DNA of 64,000 nucleotides. It comes from Azolla caroliniana (lineage: Eukaryota > Plantae > Polypodiophyta). Of this stretch, positions 1-12,629 are shown in pieces. Where the stretch lies: NCBI GenBank assembly GCA_043228905.1, contig JBHGNT010000008.1, forward strand, positions 2,666,001 through 2,730,000, written 5' to 3'. The position numbers and the translations under genes were made by a program. The notes under the pieces were generated by a model that saw only the letters and a program-made list of their open reading frames with translations, searched no databases and was not told where the DNA came from. How positions within the stretch are numbered: position 1 is the stretch's first letter; the number at the start of each line of letters is the position of its first letter.

Positions 1-482
1 AACTACAACCACCACGAACCACCACGGAACGATGAACCTCTCGTCGGGAGCTCATGGGCTTCCTGTGTGAGCAGAGGCTTCACCTTCTTCCCCGGATAAG
101 CACAGAACACACACAAGAAAAACAGAGAGCGAGGGAGAGAGGGGGAGAGAGAGCTTGGCACTCAAACCGAGAGCACTTCGTCCTCCCCCTCCTCGTCGAT
201 GCCCAAATAGGCTCAAGCCTCCCCTTTTATAGAACAAGGGGAGACGTTACATCGTAATCAGGGGTCGAGCTTCTCCCCAATTTCTTCACATCAAATCCCC
301 CTATCCTTTCTATCCATACAGGTCTTTAAAGTACTTATTAAATCCTACTCCCTAGTACTTACTAGTCTGATGCTATTTACATATGTTTGTACACAAAGAA
401 CTAAGTTTGTGTGCATCCGTGCACACACCCATTCACGCGCATCTGCCTTTGTTTCTCTCCATGACCGGAATCCATCATGACA
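1..482 (-). repeat. 3' LTR of gypsy A (runs off the window start)
   Basis: On the minus strand the PPT GGTGGGGGTGGA (483-494) directly precedes TGTCATG at 482. TATAAAAG-like box at about 224-231. Confidence 0.85.
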
Positions 483-3262
483 TCCACCCCCACCAAACCG
501 CACATCCTCCGGCATGTGCCAAGCAGTGTGGCGGTGGGGATTCCGGCTCAACCTTTACTTGTCCTCTCCCGAACCGTCACCGACCGAGTCTCCTTCTTGC
601 TCCTCGCTCTCACCCTCACCTTCTCCCATCTCCAGATCCGGTTCCGGCTCATACCACTTCTTGAAGGCGTTTATCTGCTTCCCCGTAACCGGCACTGCGA
701 TCCTTGTCTCATCAAGCTCGGCAAGATGGTATGTCGCGTTATCGTTGGTGCTTGTCACCACGTACGGCCCGAACCACCTCTTCGCAAACTTTCGGGTCGA
801 CCGGTGCTGGTTGTCTAGGTTGTTGTCATAGACTAGCACCCAATCACCCTCCTCGATCGACTTTGGCTGGGGTCGGTGTGTTTGGTCGAACTTGCCCTTG
901 TTCTTCTTCCTCACCTCTTCTACCCTTACCGTCGCTCTCTCGATCTCCTCCAGCCTTTGCTCGAGCTGTCAGATCCGTGCCACGAGCAACTTTTCCTAGC
1001 TCATCTCTTCCGATCAGTCGATCGCTAACAACGATGACATTGTCCTCTCCACTGGCATGATCAGCTTTTGTCCGAACATAAGTTATGCCGGCATGTACCC
1101 GGTTACTGAACTATGTGTAGTTCGGTCGGCCCATAATGCATAAGGAAGTAGTCTCGGCCAGTTCCCGACTAGTTCGTCGCATGCTCGCACCAATGCTTTC
1201 ACAATCGGCATGTGCCTGCGCTCAATTTTCCTATTGGATTCCGGATTGTAAGTTGTAATGAGGGAGAACTTTACCCCTACCCGGTCAAATAGCTTCTTAG
1301 CTTCCAACACGTTCAACTCCCCTCAATTGGCTACAATCTTCCCTACGCACCAGTACCGGCAGATCATGTCTTCGATTAGGAACCGGCAAACCGTGGCAGT
1401 TGTCTTGGTTGTTAAGGCCCGACCCTCCACCTGGTTTGTCAGATCTTTTCTCGCGAGCACCAGGTAACGTATATGTCCTACCCCCATCGGCATCGTCGTT
1501 AAATCGACCATCCACTTGAAGTGAATGATTGGAGAGTAGGTCGGGTGCAGCTTGTCTCAGTGCCGGACTCCAGAATGCACTTGGCAGCTCTCGCAAGCCA
1601 CCAATATTTCTCCTTTCGTTTCTCGAACGTGGCCCATGTGCCCCGGTGTCCGGACTAGGAGCTCTCGTGGAACTCCAACACGATCACCGAATGTTCTTCC
1701 TTATTTGCCACAACTCGGAGCGGTGTGTTGGTCCGTCTCTTCGGGTGCTGCCATGTTGTACCGTTCCGTAGGAAGAACTGGTAAGCCCTCTTCCGGATCC
1801 GGCACGTTTCCTCTTTCATCCATGTTGCGTCTAGCATCAACGTACTTAGGAACCACTGGATTCGAAGCCACTCCCCGTCGGAGTTAGTCTCGTCAAACTC
1901 TCTCAAGGTCGGACTGTCCCGTCTGCTTGCCCTTAGTCGAGCCGACTTGAAGAAGTCCTCGGCAACTTCTTCATCTTTAGACACCATGTCGTCCTCATTG
2001 TCGAATTGTGCTCTCCAAAGCATATTGGCCATGGCGTTGTCTTTACAGGAAAAGTGCGGTATCTCTGGATTCAAGGAATTTACGTACGCAATCCACTTGA
2101 GCATTCCCAGGTTCAGAGTCGCTCATCTGGAAACCAAGCTGAGAATCGGCAGGCAATCCCTCTTGATGATTACTTCCTCCTGGATCAAATAGTCCTTATC
2201 GGCCTTAACCACCGAAACGATACCCCAGAGTTCGCGTTTAAGGTGGACGTATCCTCGCTCCCACTCGCTCAGCACCTTTGCACCGAACCGGATGGGGACC
2301 CGTATGTTATCCTCGTCTTCTTGATTAACCACCCATCCAATCCCGGTTGGACTCGTATCCACCATCACGTAAACCAGAGTGTCTGTTTGGTACACTGTGT
2401 TTCGGAGAGCCGGTGTTGCCATTAGCTTTTCCTTCAGTCTCCGAACCGCCTCCGTGTGCTCGCTGTTCCATTCAAATTTCTGACCCTTCTTCAGCAACCC
2501 ATAGAGCAGCTCGGCCAACTGAGCGTATTGTGGGATCCAAATGTAGTAGAAGGCATACACCCCCAAGAAACGTTGGACTTCCATGACCAACCTACACTCT
2601 TTCCTTCATTGCTAAGATGGCCTCTACCTTCGCCGGAGACGGTTTCTGACCGTATGGTTCGCATAGGTGTCTGAACACCAAGATCTCCGATTGTCTGAAA
2701 GCCGACTTCTCCCTAGCAAAAGGTAAGTTGAGCGCCCTCAAGCCTCTATAGTATCTTCTCGCAGTTGGAGATGTGATCCACGAAAAACTTCCGACACCCG
2801 TCCACTCCAATCAACTCGTCGTTAGCGTCCTCTGGACATCCCTTGATCGGGATGTTGTCCAAGAACAACATGGTAATGCCCGGGATGCAATCCCTCAACA
2901 CTCCTTGCGGTAGGGTACACATCCAAACTAGGTCAAGAGGGGTTCGCATTGTCGTGACGTCCCTACTCTCCACGACTTGTTGGAACTGGTCATACCCGGA
3001 GTATAAGTCACTGACCAAGTAGATAGACCTTCCGGCGAAGGCCTCCGTGAACTCCTTGATTGTCGGATCGACCCCTGCATTTCGAATGGTCACCTTGTTG
3101 ACCGGTTGCAGGTCCTGAATAAAGCGCAGCGTGCTGTTCTTCGAATAAGGAGCACTCGACGGCTCGGGGATGCCCATATCCACTTTTTTCTTGAGCATCT
3201 CCATCAGCTTCAGGATGTGAGCCCTCGGTACCGGAATCGGTTTGAGACTCCACAACACATGT

Positions 3263-4291
3263 TGTCATAGACATGACAACAATCATGTCAAGATTTGAAC
3301 TCCTGACCTCTTGACATATATAGTCAAGTATTGTGTTCTAACCAACACATCCAAGCATATGGTCATATATGTATATCTTAGTAGATTATTAGTAGATTAT
3401 CTATTTCATGTTCTAGGAGTTTTTAGAAAGTTCTATTATTAGAAGGTTCTGGAGGGTTCTAGAATATTCTCCAAAATACACTGTCGCTCACACTCACGTT
3501 GGTGTTCCGGTCTCCGGTGAGGACCATGCATGATTGATCATGCTCACATTGGTGTTACAGTCTCCGGTGAGGACTGTACATGGTCGCTCACGCCCATTGG
3601 TGTTCCAGTTTCTTGTGAGGACCACACATGGTCGCTTGTGTTCACCCATACTCCTATTTCTAGTGAGGACTACTTGTGGTCACTCACACCTCAATGTACT
3701 TTGGTTTTCTCATTCTACTCACCCCTACACCACACTTTCGAAAAGGCGGCCATAAGGGCGAGGATAATGTCACAGACATGACAATAATCATGTCAAGATT
3801 TGAACTCTTGACCTCTATACATATGTAATCAAGTATTGTGTTTTAACCAACACATCCAAACATATGGTCATATATGTAAATCTTAGTAGATTATTAGTAG
3901 ATGATCTATTTCCTGATCTAGGAGTTTTTAGAAAGTTCTATTACTAGAAGGTTCTAGAATATTCTCTCGAATATTCTCCAAAATATTCTAATGTATGTAC
4001 TTCGACTCATAGTATAAATACTTGTAACCTCCTTGGTCCCTTTCGAGGGATTCAACACCAGTCACTGACACATCAATCTAGTATTCTTGTTTAGCCCCAT
4101 CTCCTCTCCTTGATTTACATCTCTTTCTTTATGCTCTTGTATTGTTCCTAACGTTTTAAGTTCCTCATCTCGTCGCTCCCAACTTCCCGAGATTCTAGCC
4201 TCATCACATTGAGTTCGACGTTTGTAACCTTATCAGTTGTAGCCTCGTCATTCGTGCTCCGTTGTAGTCTAGGGTTGGTGTGTCCGTGACA
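3263..4291 (+). mobile_element. Internally deleted LTR element inserted in gypsy A pol: partial 5' LTR, 3' UTR, PPT and complete 3' LTR
   Basis: Ends are TGTCA...TGACA with TSD CATGT/CATGC. 3263-~3478 repeats the start of 3768-4291. Purine tract AAGGGCGAGGATAA precedes 3768. Host VIFTVPH|VLWSLKP rejoins across it. Confidence 0.85.
3487..3690 (+). repeat. About 4 degenerate ~48-bp tandem units in the 3' UTR of the deleted LTR element
   Basis: Recurring (C)ATTGGTGTTCCAGT...GTGAGGAC...TGGTC units. Confidence 0.75.
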
Positions 4292-4847
4292 CATGCGGTA
4301 CCGTGAAGATCACCATTGGTTCTATGTTAGTCGAGTCTATGCACCCAATTTGCCCCGGTGAGAATGCAAAGGCTTTCTCGTGCCTTTCGAGCATCCTCCA
4401 AAACAGGTCCTACTCCGTGGGCAGTAGGAAGCTACCCCCACTAATCTTGAGCTTTCGCAATGTCCTATTCCGGCCGGATCTCGTAAACTAGAGTTCATCG
4501 AGACCCCTCTCATCCGTCCCCAGTTGTCCTTCGGCAAGGGAGTCGCGACTTGCCTCACCTTCCGGTCCACATTCTTGTACTTGATGTCTACTCGGGCAGT
4601 CTGATCCGACCCGATCATCTTCCCGAAGTTCGTGATGACTTCGTAAATCTCGACGAAATTTACTGGAATGACCCGGTCTTCACTAAGATCCTCTTCGACT
4701 ATCTTCTCGATCTCCCCGAGGGTGTCTCGTTGTGGGAGCCAAAGGCATTGCATGCCTTCAAGCGTCCTTCCACTTGTTTCTTCCATTAACAGAGGGTCAA
4801 AATTTCCTTCCTATGGTACATGTGTGGGGTTTCTTCCGGTTCTCCGG

Positions 4848-5497
4848 TGTCGTGAAGATTCCGGGCCATGGTGAGAAACCGGGGAATATCAGAAGTATCG
4901 GCGGGGTGGAGCATGTGCACTCACCCTTGTACAAATGGTGTAGGTGATAGGGGTGCCTTTATGGCGCCGAGTAGGAGTTAAGTCGGGATAGGGAATCCCA
5001 TGTAAATTGGGAATTATCCCACATTGTAACGCATCCCTCTCCTTGTTCTATAAAAGGAAGGGAGGGTCCCTTGTAGAGGGGTTGCCCATTTTGAGTTAAG
5101 AGGGTATACCGTTAGATTTAGGGTTAGACAGTTTCTCTTATTCTTGCTTAGTTCTAGGGTTTCATCTTGGTAGTTTCCGTTCTTCTTCTTCTTCTTCTTC
5201 TTCTTCTTCGTCGTCGCCGTCGTCGTGTGGGTTGAGAGTTCGTGTCTGTTTAGGGTTTGCTTCCGCTCGGTATCTTGTGCAAGACCCTGCTCGACGCGAC
5301 GAGCCCGAGAGCTCCCCGATCGGCGGCTTGGCAGCAAACTGCTGTGGTAACCTAACCTACCTTGGTCCGGCTCGAAGCCGGGGTTGTATCTTTTCCCTTT
5401 GTAATATATATACTCATATTTGTTTGTGCATATTGGTGTATTTGGTGGTGTTGGGAGCATAGCCCCTTGTTTCCTGTGCATAAGAGTCAGTGTCACG
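4848..5497 (+). repeat. 5' LTR of gypsy B (~650 bp)
   Basis: The start resembles the other family LTR starts (TGTCTTGAAGATTCC, TGTCGTGAAG). TATAAAA at 5049. Ends TGTCAC(G). The right boundary is inferred. Confidence 0.7.
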
Positions 5498-5502
5498 CGC
5501 AT

Positions 5503-5549
<47 letters not shown>

Positions 5550-5799
5550 TTCGGTTGCCTCTGGGACGTGTCTGGAGTCGTTTTCTTGGCATCCCTTCCT
5601 CCCTCGTCCGAGATCCCCGTGGTCCCACCCCTTCTACATGCATGAAGGGCAGCAAGGGAGAATGGAGTTGGAAGAAGACGACTTGACGCAACTTTTTGTC
5701 GAAGCGGTGAGGGAGTTTGGACGAGCGACAACAAGAAAGGAGACGACGCAACAAGCTGTTGAGCGAGTGGTCAAAAGAGTTAGCCGTTTCAACGGGGAC

Positions 5800-6465
5800 T
5801 GTCAGGAACTACACGCTCCGATGAACAACCCTCGGCCACAACCGAGCTTAGAATTTTAAAAAAAAAAACACAAAAAACGGGGAATGAATGCACGACCCAA
5901 TGGAGAGAAGAGTACACAGGATGTTTACGTGGAAAACCCAAACACGGGAAAAACCACGGTAGTCCACTGACTACTAACTATCACTATGTAACAATATACA
6001 ATAGATGAACACAAAGGCAACGACCTCTTGTTCACTGTCTTCGCCACAGGCGGCGGTTACAATAGAGATACGAACTCTTCGTCTCTTTCTCTCTCTCTAT
6101 CTCTCTGTACACTGTTGCGCTCTAATCTTGCGCCAACAAGAATGACAACACCCACAATATACTAAGTTTTCCCTAAGTCATATTTATACTAATATGACTT
6201 TTCAGCTATTTACAAATATAGCCCCGATGGCCTCTTAGGAAACATATTTACGAATATGTCCCTTCATCCGGTGAGCACTTTCCACCGGGTCTTCACCATC
6301 CAGCTCTTGCCGGGTACTCCTCATCTGGTTCTCACTGGGTCTTCCGTAGCCGGGTACTCCTCATCCGGTTCTCATCGAGTCTTCCGTAGCTAGGTACTCC
6401 TCATCCGGTTTGCTCATCAGTACTGTTCTTCTCACTTCCCATCCGGAGGGACCTGTTTCCTAACA
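5800..6465 (-). mobile_element. Solo LTR (666 bp, probably copia-type) inserted in gag of gypsy B
   Basis: TGTCAGGAA...TTCCTAACA termini with perfect TSD GGGAC. Contains GTGGAAAACCC...GGGAAAAACCACGG and ~40-bp tandem units at 6309-6410. Orientation inferred. Confidence 0.9.
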
Positions 6466-8189
6466 GGGACAAGGTCCCATTCTACTTGGAAGCCTACAAC
6501 GCGGAAATGGAGGAGCGAGACATAGATGAGGTGTTGAGGCTAGGGTTCTTCTATCGAGCCATCGTCGTCCGCATGCACGTGGCAGTGAAGGAGCTCCGAG
6601 AACCTCATAGTTCGTGGGAGGCCTTCGAAGAGGCACTCCTGTAGGCATATGGAGGACGACGGAAGAGCCGGGGACGACGCGGCTTCGACCAGTGGGTGGC
6701 ATCGGCGAAGACCCACCAGGGCTAAATGAAGGCGTTCCGAGAGTTCGAGCGACAGCTTGCCCGGCTCCCGGAGCAGGAGCAAGGTTTGGTGGGGGCAGAC
6801 AAAGTCTTGTAGTTCGTTAGGTCGATCGACCAAGCAGAACGGGAGGCCATCGGGATTGAACTCGAAGACAAGGACGGAGCGAATGGCCTTACGGAGGACT
6901 GGTCAAAGGTCGGAAGGGTATGTTGACGGCTAGATGATGAGTGAGTCGAGAAGGCTACGAGGAAGGTGCGCAACGGCCCGCCATCATAGCGGGAAGAGGT
7001 TGAATGGCAAAGAGAGTCAACAAGGCTTGGCTTTGGGGCCAAGATTGCGAAGGCGTGCGCTGCTCTCGAGGCAATGCTCGAGGAAGAGGAAAGATCGAGG
7101 CCACAAGCCGACGTTGAGGAGACGGACTTGCCCGACAAGATGGCAGAAGATCGGTACCACGATACCACGGGAGAGGGTGCGGAACAAAATGCCCTCTCGG
7201 ATTGCGGAGATAGAACGGCCAAGGACAAGGCCGAGATACCGATCGCAGAATCGGAACGTTGGGACTGGCGGTTTCGGGCACGTCAGCCCGAAACTCTAGA
7301 CATGGGAGAAGCAAGCCCAGGCAAGGCTTGCACGATCGCTAAGAAGACGACCACGGACCATGAGGAGCTAGTGGCTACGGACGAGGGCGTAAATAGGATG
7401 GTCGATTCTATGTGTCTTCACACACTTGCTCCCAAGACAATGGCAGTCGGACCCGAGTGCCCACGTGAGTCCCAAGAGGAGGAAGGCGGCAGCGTGAGAC
7501 TGAGAATCGCCGGCGAGACGATACGAGGATGGAGCAAACAAGAGCCCTCGGAACCGATTCCGGAGAACTCGGCATTCAGGCCCTTACGCCCACGGGAGAC
7601 CGAGGAGATGGATGATGGTATCAAGGAGTCCTGGCACGATGCCAGCGAAGAAGGATGGGGAATGGCCCGTGAAAACGTCTATGAAAGGACTGAACCGCGC
7701 GACGCTTTGATTCGGTTGGAGCGCAATCTGGTCGTGGATTGTTCGACTGGCGCCAAAATCGGCATGAAGGTGCCGATACGGGAGAGGGTGCGGAATGAGC
7801 CACCCTCTTTTACATGGAGAGAAAGACCGACCGGGCGAAGGTCGGGAATAAGGAAGAAGATGATCAAGGGTTTAGAGCGAGTCTGGCAAGATCGGCATCG
7901 GAGCCAAAACTCAGGACATTGGAGAATCAAGCCCAGGCGGGGCTTGGTTGATCATAGAGCGGATGCTATCCACCGACACCACTAAAAGGGTTGGTGGCAT
8001 GGGATGAGTCGCCAAAAGACGTTACGAAATTGGCTACCCCACATCTTGTCTGGAGACTTCGGCAGTTCGGTCGGTGTGGCAATGTGAGACCGAAAGAGAT
8101 GGAAGATGGAGGCGCGAACATAGCAAGGACAGCGACGACGAGTCCGGGAGAAGTACAAGGGATGAAGCAGAGAGCGAAGACCGGTCCTA

Positions 8190-8915
8190 TGGGTCACCTC
8201 ACACCGGATCTAGAGACTTGATCGGTCGGCATCGGGTCCGACATAAGACCAAGATACTGACGGTGGCGGCAGGAGAATGGGACCCGACAATCCAGAGAAT
8301 GACGGACAGACCCAGACGAGAACCGAGCGGAGTGCACTTCCGGATAACCGATCCGGAAGAGGGGAGCGAATAGGCCTATGAAGAGGCCGGGAACACGGTA
8401 CGTCGGTACCATGGGAGAGGGTGTGGAGCGAGCCATCCTCTCGACTTGCGAACAAAGATGACCCGGGATAAGGGTCAGGGATACGACAAGCCCAAGGAGG
8501 ATCCTTCACACCGATTCTAGAGATCCAGCGGTCGGCCCGAGAGCCGACGTGAGACCTAGAGTAATGGACAGTGGCGGTGAGGGGACGAAGGCAAGGGGTT
8601 GCGGATGGGCGGTCTACGGAGATCCTCACACGGATCCGGCGGTCGGCCCGAGGGCCGGCGTGAGTCCTATAGGAGAGGTCAGTGGTGGCAAGTGAACATG
8701 ACTGTCAGAGGAGGTCAGACAACGGCGAGAGGAAAACGGCAAGCGGTGTTGCCGTGACCTTACACACACCGATTCTAGACACTCTGGCAACCGGCAACGA
8801 GAGCCGGCATGAGACCTAGAGTAAGGAATGGTGGCGGCGGCAAGGCGGGCAAATTAGACAGTAGAAGGGTGGGTCCCACGAAGATCCTCACACCGATCCG
8901 ATAGAGATCCTCACC
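8190..8915 (+). repeat. Degenerate ~120-130 bp repeat units in the expanded gag region of gypsy B
   Basis: CCTCACACCG(G)AT(T)CTAGA...GGTCGGC...GAGACCTAGAGTAA...GTGGCGG recurs near 8195, 8503, 8621, 8760 and 8883. Confidence 0.65.
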
Positions 8916-11900
8916 AGCGTGGTCAAAGGCCCGCCCGGAGGAGCGGCTCTGGAGGAGCTGACGCAGATGGTGCGAGACCTCCAAATTGCCCAGACAAGGA
9001 GGGACGACAGCAAACAGCCTCGTGACTGAAGGCCTCAGGGTGGGCATCAGTGCTTGTGGTGTGACGCGATCGGCCACGTCTGGAAGGACTGCGTGGATTT
9101 CGCAGAAGCATTAAGGGCTAACGTGGTGTACCTGTGGAACGGGAGGGTGCATGCTAGCGACACTCTGAGAGGCTTAGAGCTGAATATTGGAGGAGGAGGA
9201 ATGAAGAGGCTGATGGAAGAAGTGGCGGCGTGCCACATGGAGACCATCCACTACTCAGCGTCAACAAGAATCCGGGTCGGGAGTGACGAAGGCCGGAAGG
9301 CAAAGGACTCTAGGTTCTGGCCGGTGGTACTAGAAGGCCTTGTCAGTATGCGGCTGAGGAAGGAGGAAGCGGACCGCGCGGAAAGGCGGGTCCGGGAGGT
9401 CACCGGGTGGAGCAATCCGGTAGAGGAAAAAACTAGCTTCGTGGAAGCCGCGTGTCAGAACTACAAGGTTCTGGTAGAAGACAAGCGTGCAGGGGAGGCC
9501 GGAGGAGCCGAACCCTCGCAGTGGTACAAGACCCGGTTCGGGCGGAAGCAAAATGACGCAGATACTTCCGACACACCAGATAAAACAAAGAATGGCAGTT
9601 ATTGGTTGAGCACCGAGATAGAAAGAACGACAGACCTGCGGAAGGTCCTTGAGGAATGAATCCTCGACACCAAGGTGGAGTTGTCGTTGAGGGAAGTGCT
9701 TGGGATTGCCAAGAAGGAATTCCATGACTCCATCGTGAACTTGGTGAAGCGGAAAAGGCTTTCGATAGAGCCAAAGCCAAAGCCGAGGAAGCCGGTGGAG
9801 GTGCGAACGACGCACCTAGAAGATATGGCCCTGGAAGACGAGTTGGCGGAAAGCTACTATTCGAAGCTGCATTGGGCAAGAGCCACTACGGAGACTCCGG
9901 TTTGGATCAGAGACGTCCAGGAGCCGGTGGTGACGCTGGTAGACCACGGTTTGGAGATCAACCTGATGTCTATGGACTTCTACAAGAAGGGCAAGTGGCC
10001 GATCAACACCAAGCACGGATGGAAAATACGAGTCGCGAGGCGCGCCATGGAGGAGCTACACGGGGCCTGCCCAAATGTGCGGGTGAAAATTGGTGATGTC
10101 GAGATTGACCAACACTTCTTCGTGCAGGAGACATCGTCGCATTCGGTGATACACGGAGAACCGTACATTACGGCAGCGCGCATGGAAACGAAGGTGTTGG
10201 ACAACGGTTCGGTGTACGCGCACGTGAAGAGCCAAGATTGGTGACACTCCATCCAATTTCTGACGGTGCGACCGAACCACGAGCGCAACCGCGAGACCCT
10301 CGGCAGCGAAAGCCGAGGAGAATTTTAGAGAGGGCTATCAAGGCGTGGGGCCGCAATAGTCCGGACACCCCAGAAACACCCCACACATGTACCATAGGGA
10401 GGAAACCTTGTACTATGGGTAGGAAATTTTGGTTCTCTGACAATGGACGTTGTACAACCTTTGGCATTATCGGCCGGGAGAAGAAACGGGCGGAGGGACG
10501 TCTCAGAGAGTGCAGAGTCCTGGGCCCCGACGATGAGATTGGTGGAGCTATGGAGGCGGTCTCTTTCGACGACACCTTGGGGGAATTAAAGAAGGTGTTC
10601 TATGATGGCCTCAGCGAAGACTGGACAATTCCGGTTAGTTCGGAAATGATGTACGAAGTCATCGCCGACTTCGGGAAATGGGTCGAGTTGGACCGGACGG
10701 CCCGCGTGGATACAAGGTACAAGACTGTGGACCAGAAGGTGAGGCCAGTCGCGGCACCCTTGGCGGAGGGCAACAAGTTACGGATGAAGGGGGTCGCGTC
10801 GGACCCAAGTCTACAGGATCCGGCCGGCATAGGACACCAGTTCACAAACATAACGCTACAAGAGCTCAAGGTTGGTGGGGGTGGCTTTCTACTGCCGGTG
10901 GAGGAGGAACGGTTTTAGAGAATGCTCGGGAGGCACGGGAAGGCCTTCGCATTCTCGCCGGAAGAGATCGGGTGTGTAGACCCGACGGTAGTTGAGCCGA
11001 TGGTCACTTCACGGTGCCGCATATGCCGTGGAATCTCAAACCGATTCCAGTACCCAAAGCTCACATCCTGAAGTTGATGGATCTACTGAAGCAGAAGGTG
11101 GAGATGGGCATCCTTGAACCGTCGAGTGCCCCATACTTCAATCGTTGGTTTATCGTGCCAAAGAAGAAAGGCACGTTGCGCTTTATTCAGGACCTGCAGC
11201 TAGTCAACAAGGTGACCATTCAAAACGTAGGAATCAGACCGACCATTGACGAGTTCGCGGGAGCCTTCACCAGAAGGTCGATTTACTCAGTCGGGGATCT
11301 GTACTCGGGGTACAACCAATTCCAACTAGGCGTAGAGAGCAAGGATATTACGACAATGCGGACTCCTCTCGGCCTAGTGCGGATGTGTACCCTCCCGTAA
11401 GGGGGGACAAACTTGGTAGCGGACATGGTGAATGCGATGAATAAGGTGCTAAGGGATTGCATCCTGGACATCACCATGTCGTTTTTGGATGATATTCCAA
11501 TCAAGGGATGTCCGATGGAGGGTAAGGACTTAACGGTCGGACCATATGGGTGTTGGAAATTCGTCTCGAACCACATCAAAGACTGCGAGAAGGTACTACA
11601 AAGATTGGAAGGCACGCGGCTCACCTTCTCCGGGGAAAAGTCGGTTTTCGGATAGTCAGAAATCATGTTCATCGGTCATTTGCGCGGGCCTTATGGCCGG
11701 AAACCGTCTCTGGCAAAGGTCGAAGCCATTTCCGCAATGAAGGAGGAATGCAAATCGGTAACGGAGGTGCGGAGGTTCCTAGGGGCGTGTGCGTTCTACC
11801 ACATCTGGGTTCAGCATTACGCACACATCGTAGAACAGCTCTACGGGCTGCTAAAGAAAGGGCGCAAATTCGACTGGGGCAAGGAACATACGGAGTCGGT

Positions 11901-12013
11901 TCGGAGATTGAAAGAAGCACTTAACACGGCACCGGCAGTCTGTAAAGTGGTTTACGGCAAGGACATTCCGATCTATGTAACCGTAGATACGAGCCCGACC
12001 GGAATAGGATGGG

Positions 12014-12629
12014 TGTGACATGATCGTGTGTAGACACGAGCGCGGACAGAGATGCTAAGAACAACTTGCATTTGGCAGATAAGTTTCTATTAATCAATAT
12101 ATGCACGTAGCGCTGTGGGTGATTCAACCGGATTAGTGCTGATGGTCGAGCGTAGGCTCTACAGTAGTCAGATACAAAGTGGAGTATGCACACAGAAGGT
12201 CAATCCCTGGTCGGGAGCACTCGGGCGTCTGACGCGAGCCGAGGAAGTGCCTTTTGGTGATCTCTCGTAGGACTCCTTGTCTGGTCTTCTCTCTATTCCC
12301 TTTTTTCCTCTCTCTTACTTCCCCAAAAATGACATCCCCGCAAACAGTCAAATGTCGCCCCCTTTATAGCACAAGGAGCAACCGTTACAAGGCATTCATG
12401 ACTTGTCACTTTCCCTTCCTAGATTCTCCCCCCTGATTCGCTCTCCTCGTAACTCTCCCTACTTACGCGACGTCTGAATCCCTATTAATGCCTTAACTAC
12501 CTAGTACACCTCCCTCTACCTATGCCTAGTACTTACACTATTTAATTCACTAGGGGTGTGCACTCGTGCACACCAGTGCTCCCGCGCGTTTCACCTTGTT
12601 TCTACCTATGGCCTGGAATCTTCAAGACA
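12014..12629 (-). repeat. 3' LTR of gypsy C (616 bp)
   Basis: TGTGACA...AGACA termini with adjacent PPT (TCCAACCCCAC on +). Breaks the B reading frame exactly at IGWV. Confidence 0.85.

Larger units (their letters stand above)
1..4847 (-). mobile_element. Ty3/gypsy LTR retrotransposon copy A, degenerate (RT-RNaseH-integrase, 3' LTR); 5' part cut off by insertion of copy B
   Basis: Minus-strand ORF pieces in gypsy order: RT (LRFIQDLQPVNKVT, DLYSGYDQF, FLDNIPIKG), RNaseH (VDTSPTGIGWV, ELWGIV), integrase (HHCC region, VDLTTM, YNPESNRKIER, WFGPY). Many stops and frameshifts; no chromodomain after the GPY motif. Confidence 0.93.
4848..12013 (+). mobile_element. Ty3/gypsy copy B (5' LTR, gag, protease, RT, start of RNaseH), inserted in A and interrupted by C
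   Basis: LTR starts TGTCGTGAAG. Gag MELEEDDLTQLF...RFNGD|KVPFYLEAY, zinc knuckle CLWCDAIGHVWKDC (~9051), protease LVDHGLEINL, RT (DLYSGYNQF, FLDDIPIKG), RNaseH VDTSPTGIGWV broken at 12013. Confidence 0.93.

Noticed and set aside
5014-5859. Long ORFs with RERERE/LSLSLS/KKKK runs
   Set aside because: Artefacts of microsatellites in the LTR and leader; not genes.
3487-6410. 40-48 bp repeats as a CRISPR array
   Set aside because: Head-to-tail units without unique spacers, located inside LTR elements of a eukaryotic genome; no cas genes.
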